A model generated the notes under the pieces. The model saw only the letters and a program-made list of their open reading frames with translations. It ran no database searches and was not told where the DNA came from. The position numbers were made by a program, and so were the translations under genes. From an uncultured delta proteobacterium (lineage in GTDB: Bacteria; Desulfobacterota; Binatia; DP-6), in the NCBI GenBank assembly GCA_963815115.1, contig CAWFFN010000005.1, forward strand, positions 32,001 to 96,000: DNA of 64,000 nucleotides, read 5' to 3'. This document shows, one piece after another, positions 31,268 to 40,799 of this stretch (position 1 is its first letter; the number at the start of each line of letters is the position of its first letter).

Positions 31268-32247
31268 CGACCGCGACCTACCGCGATGCGGTCCGCTCGG
31301 CGCTGCGACGGGCGCTGCGCGACGATTCGCGCGTGTTCCTCATGGGCGAGGACGTCGGCCGGTACGGAGGCGCCTACGCCGTTAGCCATGGGCTGCTCGA
31401 GGAGTTCGGTCCCGAGCGGGTGCGCGATACGCCGCTCTCGGAATCCGCCTTCGTCGGCGCCGGCATCGGCGCGGCGTTGGGTGGGATGCGCCCAATCGTC
31501 GAGGTGATGACGGTCAATTTCAGCTTGCTCGCCCTCGATCAGATCGTGAACCACGCGGCACTGCTGCGGCACATGTCGGGCGGCCAGGTGTCGGTACCGC
31601 TCGTCATCCGCATGGCGACCGGCGCGGGACGGCAGGTGGCCGCGCAGCACTCCCACAGCTTCGAGGGGTGGTACGCCCATGTCCCGGGCCTCACGGTCCT
31701 CGCCCCCGCCACGCCGCAGGATGCGCGCGACATGGTGCTGGGCGCGCTGCGTGAGCGCGACCCGGTGATTGTCTTCGAGCACGTCATGCTCTACGGCACC
31801 GAGGGTCCGCTCGATGAGGACGCGGCGCCCGCGCCGATTCGTGGCGCGGCCATCCGACGTGCGGGACGGGACGTCACGCTGGTCACCTCCGGCGGCTCGC
31901 TCCGGAAGACGCTCGCCGCCGCGGAGCGGCTGGCGGGCACCGGCGTCGAAGCCGAGGTGATCGACCTGCGCGCGCTCCGCCCCCTCGACACGGCGACCGT
32001 GCTGGCGTCGGTCGCCCGCACCCACCGTGCGGTGATTGTCGACGAAGGCTGGCGCACGGGAAGTCTCGCAGCCGAGGTGAGCGCGCAGATCCAGGAGGGG
32101 GCGTTCTACGAGCTCGACGGACCGGTGGCGCGGGTGTGCAGCGCCGAGGTGCCCATGCCCTATCCCAAGCATCTGGAGGATGCGGCGCTGCCGCAAGTGG
32201 AGACCATCGTCGCGACGGTGGGGCGGATGCTGGAGCGCCATGGCTGA
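31264..32247 (+). CDS. pdhB: E1 beta subunit
   Basis: [26 protein letters not shown]; GTG start overlaps the pdhA stop. Confidence 0.93.
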   Translation: MTTATYRDAVRSALRRALRDDSRVFLMGEDVGRYGGAYAVSHGLLEEFGPERVRDTPLSESAFVGAGIGAALGGMRPIVEVMTVNFSLLALDQIVNHAALLRHMSGGQVSVPLVIRMATGAGRQVAAQHSHSFEGWYAHVPGLTVLAPATPQDARDMVLGALRERDPVIVFEHVMLYGTEGPLDEDAAPAPIRGAAIRRAGRDVTLVTSGGSLRKTLAAAERLAGTGVEAEVIDLRALRPLDTATVLASVARTHRAVIVDEGWRTGSLAAEVSAQIQEGAFYELDGPVARVCSAEVPMPYPKHLEDAALPQVETIVATVGRMLERHG

Positions 32248-33403
32248 CTTCGTAATGCCGATTCTCGGCTCCGACATGGAGGCCGGCACGCTCGTCGCCT
32301 GGCGCAAGCAGCCGGGCGACCGGCTCGAGCGCGGCGACATCATCGCCGAGGTCGAGACGGAGAAGGGCTTGATCGAGGTCGAGGTGTTCACGAGCGGCAC
32401 GCTCGATCGTCTGGTCGTCCAGCCGGGCGCCAAAGTCCCGGTGGGCACCGTCCTGGCGACGATTCGGGAGGACGCCGGCGCGGCGGCGGCCGCCCCGCCG
32501 GGCCCCGCCGCGCCGTCCGCGCCGCTGCCGCCGCAGCCTGCCGTCCCGCCCGCCGCCGTACCGCCGCCAGCCGGTGCGGCGCCCGCGGCTCGGGCACGCC
32601 TCCGCATTTCGCCCGCGGCACGCGCCCGCGCGGCCGAGCTCGGCATCGACCCCGCCACCGTCGCTGGCACCGGCCCGGACGGCGCGATCACGCTGCAGGA
32701 CGTCGACCGAGCAGGCCAGCCGGCGGCCCCCGCCGACCGTCACGCCCGCATGCGCCAGGCGATCGCTGCAGCGATGGTGCGCTCGAAGCGGGAGATCCCG
32801 CACTTCTACCTTGAGTCCACGATCGACCTCGAGCCCGCGCTCGGTTGGTTGGAGGCGGAAAACGCGCGGCGGCCCGTCACCGAACGGTTCCTGGCCGGGG
32901 TCCTCTTCTTGAAGGCAGTGGCCCTCGCGCTGCGCGAGGTGCCCGAGCTGAACGCTCGCTGGGAAGACGGCCGCGCGGCGCCGAATGCGGCCGTCCACCT
33001 GGGCACGGCGACCGCGCTCCGCGGTGGAGGGTTGGTGGCACCGGCGCTGCACGACGCCGATCGCCGCAGCCTCGCCGAGCTCATGCGCGCCTTCCGCGAC
33101 GTCGTGCAGCGCGCCCGCGCCGGCACGCTGCGCAGCTCGGAGCTGTCCGACCCGACGATCACCGTGACGAGCCTGGGCGAGCAGGGGGCCGAGTCGCTCT
33201 TCCCCGTGATCTACCCGCCGCAGGTGGCGATCGTCGGGTTCGGCCGGATCGTGCGGCGGCCGTGGGTGGTCGACGACGCGCTCGTCGCGCGGCGGGTGGT
33301 CGGTGCGACACTTGCCGCGGACCACCGCGTGACCGACGGCCATCGCGCAGGACGTTTCCTCATCGCGCTCGAGCAACTGCTGCGGGAGCCCGAACGCCTG
33401 TGA
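32240..33403 (+). CDS. pdhC: Dihydrolipoamide acyltransferase E2
   Basis: Lipoyl EVETEKG, Pro/Ala linker, E3-binding ISPAAR..GTGPDG, catalytic DHRVTDG. Confidence 0.93.
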   Translation: MADFVMPILGSDMEAGTLVAWRKQPGDRLERGDIIAEVETEKGLIEVEVFTSGTLDRLVVQPGAKVPVGTVLATIREDAGAAAAAPPGPAAPSAPLPPQPAVPPAAVPPPAGAAPAARARLRISPAARARAAELGIDPATVAGTGPDGAITLQDVDRAGQPAAPADRHARMRQAIAAAMVRSKREIPHFYLESTIDLEPALGWLEAENARRPVTERFLAGVLFLKAVALALREVPELNARWEDGRAAPNAAVHLGTATALRGGGLVAPALHDADRRSLAELMRAFRDVVQRARAGTLRSSELSDPTITVTSLGEQGAESLFPVIYPPQVAIVGFGRIVRRPWVVDDALVARRVVGATLAADHRVTDGHRAGRFLIALEQLLREPERL

Positions 33404-33648
33404 CCCGCGACGAGATCCGCGCCACCGTGCTCGGCGTGCTCGGCGACATTGCGCCCGAGGCCGATCTCGCCGCGCTCCGGCCGGACCGGGAGCTGCGCGA
33501 CGAGCTCGACCTCGACTCGATGGACATCCTGAACGCCGTGATTGCGCTGCACCGGGCGCTCGGCATCGACGTCCCCGAAGCCGACTACGGGCGCCTCGCC
33601 ACGCTCAACGGCGCGGTCGAGTATCTCGCCGGCAGACTGGGCACGTAG
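33400..33648 (+). CDS. Acyl carrier protein
   Basis: DLDSMD phosphopantetheine-Ser motif and IDVPEADY; translationally coupled to pdhC. Confidence 0.88.
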   Translation: MTRDEIRATVLGVLGDIAPEADLAALRPDRELRDELDLDSMDILNAVIALHRALGIDVPEADYGRLATLNGAVEYLAGRLGT

Positions 33649-33675
33649 ACCCCGCGGGGGCCGCGGCGTTTTTGA

Positions 33676-34072
33676 TCAGGGCGCGGTGTCCTCGAGCGTC
33701 TCGCGCAGCTGCTGCTCGAGCTGCTCGAGACGCTGCTCGAGCTCCCCGACGCGCTTGGCGAGCTTCGGGAGCTCCTCGACCACGCTGCGGGCCAAACCCT
33801 TGCGGGCGGTATCGGCCACCCGTGCGAGCTGCTTCTCGAACGACTCGACGAGGCGGCGCCCCCGGGTCTCGAGGTCCTTGATCGAGCGGTCCGCACGGCT
33901 TCCGAGCTCGTCGCGCAGCTTGCGCACATCCGCCTCGACCTCGGCGCGCGTCCGGCGTGCGAAGGTCTGGGTATCGCGGCGGATCCGTCCTATGAACCGT
34001 TCGCCCTCCGCGCGGAGCCGCTTCACGGACTCGCGGACCTCTGTCAGCGAGCCACCGACGCTCTCGTGCCAT
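33676..34072 (-). pseudogene. Phasin-like coiled-coil protein (copy 2), frameshift just after the ATG
   Basis: Shares RADRS.KDLETRGRRLVESFEKQL with copy 1; ATG 34072 with RBS is out of frame. Confidence 0.6.
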
Positions 34073-34092
34073 ACGATTCCCTCCCTTGATGG

Positions 34093-34768
34093 TTCCACCA
34101 GCGCCCCGAGCGTCGGGTCGCCGGCATCGGCGAACTCCGTAGCGTGCCCGCACCACCGGCGTGGCGATCGACGGGAGACGGCGATGTCCGTCGCGGCGTG
34201 CCGCGAGGACGACGTCAGCGCCCGCGCGCTCGATCGTCGAGCGCAGCGCGTCGAGCAGAGCCGGCGAGTGGCCGACCGCAGGCAGCACCGGCCCGATGTG
34301 CGGATGGTGGGCGTACACCTCAGCGATGGCCGGCGCCCCACGGCATGCCGCCGTGCGTGATGGTGGGCCCGTCCTCGATCACGAGCAGGCGCCTGCCGCA
34401 CGATGGCTGGGTAATCGACGCCGGCGAATAGCACGCTATCGACCGCGAGGTGCGGCTCGAACTCCTTGCGCTCCCTCCACCCTGCAGCGTGCGGCGTCTA
34501 GGTCCGCGAGCCGTGCGAAGCGCTGCACTCGCTGCTGCGCGAGGTTGCCGTTACGGCATCGGATGCCGGAGGAGCGCCACGTGCCGTCCGGATAGCGCGC
34601 GGCGGCCAGTGCGGCCGGGAATCGCCGCCCGCTCACACCCGGGATCTGGGTTGCCGTGGACGCAACCACGGTGGCGTCGGGATCCCCCCGGTAGCGTACG
34701 ATGAAATCGTGGAAGTCGCGCCCTGCGGCGCCCAGGATGATGATACGTCGTGCCCGAGCAGTTCCCAT
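34093..34768 (-). pseudogene. Cyclic 2,3-diphosphoglycerate synthase-like GTPase remnant with internal deletions
   Basis: IILGAAGRDFHDF..TATQIP..RRFPAALA, LFAGVDY, HIGPVLPAVG..ADVV. Confidence 0.75.
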
Positions 34769-34929
34769 GCCGATTTTCGGAGCCTCAGCGTCGGTCATTC
34801 CCAATCATGCGAAAAACGAGCTCTCCAATTCTCTTCCGATCCCCCCACGAACATGCTCGTACGGGCCGGCCGGCATTGATTCCAGCTTCCTTCGCTGGCG
34901 GGCAAGCGATCGGAAGTGCGTCGAAGGAT

Positions 34930-34945
34930 CGGCACGTCAACTGCT
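34930..34945 (+). promoter_or_regulatory. Sigma-54-like promoter
   Basis: CGGCAC-GTCAA-CTGCT, 34 bp upstream of ATG 34979. Confidence 0.55.
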
Positions 34946-34978
34946 AAGCATTCGGGAAACGTGCACGCGGGGGTGTCG

Positions 34979-35533
34979 ATGCCAAAGTCCACGACGAACA
35001 GGCCCCTCGAAAAGGGGGGCGTTCAGAAGGGAAAGGGGCTCATCCGGAGCGTCAACCGGCAGGGCACCCGCGACGAGAAGGTCCATCCAGGTGAAGCGCG
35101 CCGTGGGCGCCTGCGCGAGCCCAGTGCGTGCGAGCACTGCGGCGCGATCTTCAGGCGACGCACGTGGCGGCGAGATCACCGTGTCACGCTCGCGATGCTC
35201 GATCGCGCCGACTGGAGGGTGTGTCCCGCCTGCGAGCAGATCAGGAACACGGAGGGGCAGGGACGCATCCTCGTCTCCGGACAGTTCGCGGTGGCGCACG
35301 AACCCGAGATCCGCGCGCGCATCCGCAACGTGGCGGCCCGCGCGGCCTTCACGCAGCCGCAGCGACGCGTGGTGTCGGTGGAGCGGCAAGGGAACATCCT
35401 CGAGGTGCTCACCACGTCGCAGAAGCTGGCACACCGCATCGTGCACGAGCTGAGGAAGGTCTTCCGCGGCAGCACGGCTTACCAGTGGTCGGATGATGGG
35501 ACGCTGCTCGCGACCTGGCGGCGCGAGCGCTGA
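34979..35533 (+). CDS. BCAM0308-family zinc-ribbon protein
   Basis: EP..CEHCGA..W...CPAC.QI..G...TTSQKLAHRI..EL.K.F.G. Confidence 0.78.
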   Translation: MPKSTTNRPLEKGGVQKGKGLIRSVNRQGTRDEKVHPGEARRGRLREPSACEHCGAIFRRRTWRRDHRVTLAMLDRADWRVCPACEQIRNTEGQGRILVSGQFAVAHEPEIRARIRNVAARAAFTQPQRRVVSVERQGNILEVLTTSQKLAHRIVHELRKVFRGSTAYQWSDDGTLLATWRRER

Positions 35534-35555
35534 ACCGGATCGAAGGAGGCACGCC

Positions 35556-36701
35556 ATGAAGGTCACCTTGTCCGTGATCAAGGCCGATGTGGGATCGGTC
35601 GGCGGACATACCAGGCCGTCGGAACGCATGCTGGGCTGCTCCCGCAGCCGGGTGCGGGACGCCGTCGAGAGGAAGCTATTGCTGGATGGCATGGTCACGC
35701 ATACCGGCGATGACATCGCGCTCGTCATGAGCCACACGCGTGGTGTGGGTGCGCCCGACGTCCACCGCTTCGCCTGGGATACCTTCCTCGCCGCGACCGA
35801 GGAGGCGCGCACAGCCGGCCTCTACGGCGCCGGCCAGGACTTGCTGGTGGACGCACCGTCGGGGAACATCCGCGGTGCGGGGCCTGCCGTGGCGGAGATC
35901 GAGTTCGAACGCGATCCGCGCAGCAAGGACCGACCGGCTGAGCCCTTCTTGCTCTTCGCGGGCGACAAGTGCAGCCCGGGCGCCTACACCTATCCCCTGT
36001 ACTCGGTGTTTTGTGACCCGATGCACAACGGCGGACTGCTGCTGTCACCGAAGATCCACAAGGGGTTCACACTCACCATCATCGACATGGACCACGCGGG
36101 CGCCGGTGGGGACCAGATCATTCGCCTCGATGTGCCCGAGCGAGTCTGGGATGTGGCCTGCCTGCTCCAGAACCCCGATCGGTTCGCCATTGAAGCCATC
36201 CACTCGCGGCACAAGCCGGACGAGCAGGTGGTATCGGTGTCCGCGACGCGCCTCCACAACATCGCCGGCACCTACACCGGCAAGGACGACCCCGTTGCCA
36301 TCGTGCGGACGCAGGGCATCTTCCCAGCGCCCGAGGAGGTGGTGGAGCCCTACACGCTGGGTCACTTCGTCACCGGCGATTGCCGCGGGTCGCACGTGAT
36401 GCCGATCATGCCGGTCCCGATCAACACCGCCGTGTCCGGCCCCTATTGCCTGCCGCTCATCTCCTGTGTCGCGTGCTCCATGGATGCGGCGGGTCGTTTC
36501 ACCGATGAGTGGCTCGACGTCTTCGGCAACATGGTCTGGGACGCAACCCGGCTGAAGGTCCAGCAGAAGGCCGACGAGTGGCGGCGGCAGGGGTTCATCG
36601 GTCCGACGATGGCGTCGCACGCCGAGCTCGCCTACACGGGCATCATGGACACCTTGAAGACGCTGGAACAGGAGTTCACATCGCGGCCCGAGTCACGCTG
36701 A
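35556..36701 (+). CDS. Fructose-1,6-bisphosphate aldolase/phosphatase (class V FBPase)
   Basis: KADVGSVGGH, GDDIAL, GLYGAGQDLL.DAPSGN, RLHNIAGTYTGKDDP, RGSH. Confidence 0.93.
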   Translation: MKVTLSVIKADVGSVGGHTRPSERMLGCSRSRVRDAVERKLLLDGMVTHTGDDIALVMSHTRGVGAPDVHRFAWDTFLAATEEARTAGLYGAGQDLLVDAPSGNIRGAGPAVAEIEFERDPRSKDRPAEPFLLFAGDKCSPGAYTYPLYSVFCDPMHNGGLLLSPKIHKGFTLTIIDMDHAGAGGDQIIRLDVPERVWDVACLLQNPDRFAIEAIHSRHKPDEQVVSVSATRLHNIAGTYTGKDDPVAIVRTQGIFPAPEEVVEPYTLGHFVTGDCRGSHVMPIMPVPINTAVSGPYCLPLISCVACSMDAAGRFTDEWLDVFGNMVWDATRLKVQQKADEWRRQGFIGPTMASHAELAYTGIMDTLKTLEQEFTSRPESR

Positions 36702-36838
36702 ACGTGGAAGGCGGCCAAGATGCGGCTACTGGGCGAGCCCGCAACCTCTGCGAGGGCGTGGTCGCCGCGAGGGCGTGGTCGCCGCACTCCGGATGTACCT
36801 GGCGCACCCGCTGGCGGCGCGAGGAACGGACGAACGAG

Positions 36839-37093
36839 ATGCTGCGCCTGGCACGGTGGCGACTCGGTGTGCTCGCGACGCTGTGCGCCTGCGGCAGCCC
36901 GATCCCGATGCCGAAGGTGCCCGTCGCGCAGACGGATGCGGGTCGGCAACGTGTCCAAAACTGCCAGGCGCTCTACAATGCGTGCGTGGTCGGGGCGATC
37001 GGGGCGGTAGGGGGCTTGGCCACGCCGAGCCGGGCGGAGTCCACGGCCTGTCGTGAGCAGCTCGGCGCGTGTTATGGGACGTGCCCGCCGTGA
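36839..37093 (+). CDS. Small Cys-rich putative lipoprotein
   Basis: Basic and hydrophobic leader with an LCAC lipobox-like site; paired Cys. Confidence 0.5.
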   Translation: MLRLARWRLGVLATLCACGSPIPMPKVPVAQTDAGRQRVQNCQALYNACVVGAIGAVGGLATPSRAESTACREQLGACYGTCPP

Positions 37094-37409
37094 CGCCGCC
37101 GACCTATCCGCCGTTCCTGGCTCCTCGCGTGCCTGAGCACTACCCGTCCGCTGGGCGTCGCCCAGCGCCTGAAACCATCCGCCGCCAACCGGCAGCGCAA
37201 CCTACCCGCCTCTGGCGAGCATGGCGCACGGACTGCCTCCACTGCAAGCACAACCCATCACGCCGCGCTCACGGTCCTCGACTGCCTGCCCCCCGGGGGG
37301 TCCCGCCTCGACCACCTCGAAGCTATAGGCAACCCTGACCACTCGCGACAACGCGCCGCGCTCGCGCGTTACCGGCCGCCAGCCCGGGTGCGCCTGCGCG
37401 CCGCACGCG

Positions 37410-37823
37410 CAGCGTGAGCACCGGCACGGGGGCGTGACGGACCCCACCTTCTCCGCGACGCTGCCAATGAGGAAATGCGTGAGCCCTGTGCGGCCGGAGG
37501 TGGCCATGACGATGCTGTCGTGACCTCGGGCGGCGTCGAGGATCCCCTGGGCCGCGTAGCCGAGTTCGACGCGCACCGTGGCCGGTGGCTCATCGCCGCC
37601 CAAGCGTCTTCCTGAGCAGCCGCTCGAGATGTGCGCGTTGGTGAGGGATGAGATCTTCTCAGCGACATCCCGAATGGAACGTCGGCAGGCAGGTAGGACA
37701 ACACGAGGACGTGCAGCACCGTCAGTTTACCGCCGTGCTGTTTGGCGAGCCGCGCCGCTGTCCTCAATGCGACGGTGGCCGGCTCGGAGAAGTCGTGCGG
37801 GACCAGGATGTGCTTAAAGACAT
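37410..37823 (-). pseudogene. Universal stress protein, frameshifted/deleted
   Basis: FKHILVPHDFS..LHV and IVMATSGRTG..IGSVAEKV lie in different frames. Confidence 0.8.
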
Positions 37824-38092
37824 CGCGGAGGTCGCCATCGGTGAGGACATGCCGGAGCGCCTCGGATCGTCTCATCGGCGTTCGGGGCACGGTCGGCCGC
37901 CTGAGGTCGAGCGGAACGGTCAGTGTGATCGCTATTTGTCGCAAGGCTCAAACGCCGGATGACGGACCCCGGCAAACTGTTCTTGGTGTCGTGCCTGCGA
38001 GCCGCTCACGTTGGCTGGCCACATGGCCCCCTCAAGCCCGCCGATGATCCAGCCGCACGTGCCCCTCGGGCGGCGGCCCGCTCTCCTCCAGG

Positions 38093-38108
38093 CGGCACAC
38101 GATATGCA
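38093..38108 (+). promoter_or_regulatory. Sigma-54-like promoter upstream of ppsA
   Basis: CGGCAC-ACGAT-ATGCA. Confidence 0.55.
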
Positions 38109-38129
38109 AAGTCCCGCATGACGCGAGAT

Positions 38130-40534
38130 ATGGAGGCTCCGCTGATCCGCTGGTTCGCCGAGATCGGGATCGACGATGTCGCGCAGGTCGGCGGCAAGAA
38201 TGCCTCTCTCGGTGAGCTCTACCGCCAGCTTGTGCCGAAGGGCGTGAAGGTACCGGATGGATTCGCGGTGACCGCAGCCGGCTACCGGCTCTTCCTGACT
38301 CGGCCGGGCTGGCGCCGTTGATCGAGCGGACGCTCGCCGATCTCGACACGCGCGACGTCGAGGGTCTCCAGCAGCGCGGGCGGCGGGTGCGACATGCGAT
38401 TTTGGCAGCGAGCCTGCCGGCGGAGCTCGAGCGGGCCATCACGGCGGCGTACGACCGCCTGGGCGGCCGGAGCACGGAGATGATCGACGTCGCCGTGCGG
38501 AGCAGCGCCACCGCGGAGGACCTGCCGGAAGCGAGCTTCGCCGGTCAGCAGGAGACGTACCTGAACGTGCACGGCCACGCCGCGTTGCTCGAGAGCTGCA
38601 AGCGCTGCTTCGCGTCGCTCTTTACCGACCGCGCCATCTCCTATCGCGCCGAGCGTGGCTTCGGCCATGACGCGATCGCTCTCTCCATCGGAGTGCAGCG
38701 CATGGTGCGCTCCGATCTCGGCGCCTCGGGAGTCATGTTCTCGATCGATACCGAGACAGGCTTTCGTGACGCCGTTCTGATCAACGCCTCCTACGGGCTC
38801 GGCGAGAACGTCGTGCAGGGCTCGATCACGCCCGACGAGTACTACGTTTTCAAGCCGACGCTCGCGCAGGGTTTCCGTCCGATCCTTCGCAAGCGCGTCG
38901 GCACCAAGGAGTTCAAGCTCGTATACGACGTGGGGGGGACGAAGGGCGTCAAGAACGTCCCCGTTCCGGTGGCCGACCGCATCCGTTTCGCCATCGATGA
39001 CGACGACATCCTGATGCTCGCTCGCTGGGCCTGCCTCATCGAGGAGCACTACAGCGCCCGACGCGGCCGGCCGACGCCGATGGACATGGAGTGGGCGAAG
39101 GACGGGCACACGGGCGAGCTCTTCATCGTGCAGGCGCGGCCCGAGACGGTGCAGTCGCTCAAGGGACGGGATGTGCTCGAGACGTACCGCCTTACCGAGA
39201 CGGGGCGCCTGCTTGCCACGGGCCAGAGCGTCGGCGAGAAGATCGGCCAGGGGCGGGCGCACGCGATCCGGGACGTGCAGTCCCTGCACGAGTTCCGCGA
39301 CGGCGAGGTGCTGGTCACGGACAAGACGGACCCGGACTGGGAGCCGGTGCTCAAGCGGGCGGCCGCGGTGGTGACGAACCGCGGCGGACGCACCTGCCAT
39401 GCCGCGATCGTGAGCCGCGAGCTGGGCATTCCCGCCGTCGTGGGGACCGAGAACGGGACCGAGGCGATCCAGACCGGCCAGGATGTGACCGTGTCCTGCG
39501 CCGAAGGCTCCACGGGCTTCGTCTACGACGGTCGGCTCGCCTTCGATGTCGAGCGCGCGGAGCTTTCAGTCCTGCCTCGCCCGCGGACGAAGGTCATGAT
39601 GAACGTCGGCAATCCCGACGAGGCGTTCGCGCTGTCGTTCATCCCCAATGACGGGGTCGGGCTCGCGCGCGAGGAGTTCATCATCACATCGTCGATCAAG
39701 ATCCATCCGCTTGCCCTCGTGGACTACGAGCACCTGGACGACGCCAGCGCCAAGGCGGAGATCGATCGCCTCACAGGGGCGTATGCGGACAAGCCGCAGT
39801 TCTTCGTCGACAAGCTGGCCGAAGGGGTTGCGATGATCGCGGCGGCTTTCTATCCGAAGGATGTCGTCGTGCGACTCTCCGACTTCAAGACGAACGAGTA
39901 CGCGAACCTCATCGGCGGCCGGCACTACGAGCCCGTCGAGGAGAATCCGATGCTGGGTTTCCGCGGCGCATCCCGCTACTATGACCCGCGCTACAGCGCG
40001 GGCTTCGCCCTCGAGTGCCGGGCCATGAAGAAGGCGCGGGACGAGATGGGGCTCACCAACGTGAAGCTCATGGTTCCCTTCTGCCGGACGATCGAGGAGG
40101 CGCAGCGGGTCCACGCCGAGCTCGAGCGAAACGGCCTCCGCCGGGGCGAGCACGGTCTCGAGGTCTACGTGATGTGCGAGATACCGAGTAACGTCATCCG
40201 CGCAACGGCCTTCGCCGAGGTCTTTGATGGCTTCTCGATCGGCTCGAACGACCTCACACAGCTGATCCTTGGCGTGGATCGCGATTCCCAGATCGTCGCC
40301 CACATCTTCGACGAGCGCGATCCGGCGGTGAAGGCGATGATCGCGGATGTCATCCGGGAGGCGAAGGCGAGGGGGCGGAAGATCGGGATATGCGGTCAGG
40401 CGCCGAGCGACTATCCCGAGTTCGCGGCGTTCCTGGTGGAGCAGGGCATCGACAGCATCTCGCTCAATCCCGACGCCGTGCTGAAGGCGACGGTAGGGAT
40501 CCTCGAAACTGAACGGACGCTCGGTTCAAGGTGA
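38130..40534 (+). CDS. ppsA: Phosphoenolpyruvate synthase, one frameshift near 38300
   Basis: VGGKNASLGE in frame 1; VRSSATAED, GGRTCHAA, GFSIGSNDL and GICGQAPS in frame 2. Confidence 0.93.
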
Positions 40535-40799
40535 CGGCCAGCCGGTTGTGACGAGATCGCGCCACTCGTGCATGCAGGCGAGGATCGTGCCCGTGCCTGT
40601 GCACCGGCGTGGTGGACTTCGTCCTCGGCGATGCGAGCGCCAAGGTCAGTGAGGAGCTAGCACGAGGCGCGGACGGCGACGGCGAGCTCTTCTGGATTGA
40701 GCCGTGTCGGACCGCCGCGGCGCCAGCGGAGGCCGTTCGGCCAGGTTCGCCGCTGGCCCATCCACGCGAGCTTGCGCAGCGCGCTGACGCTGGCGTCGA

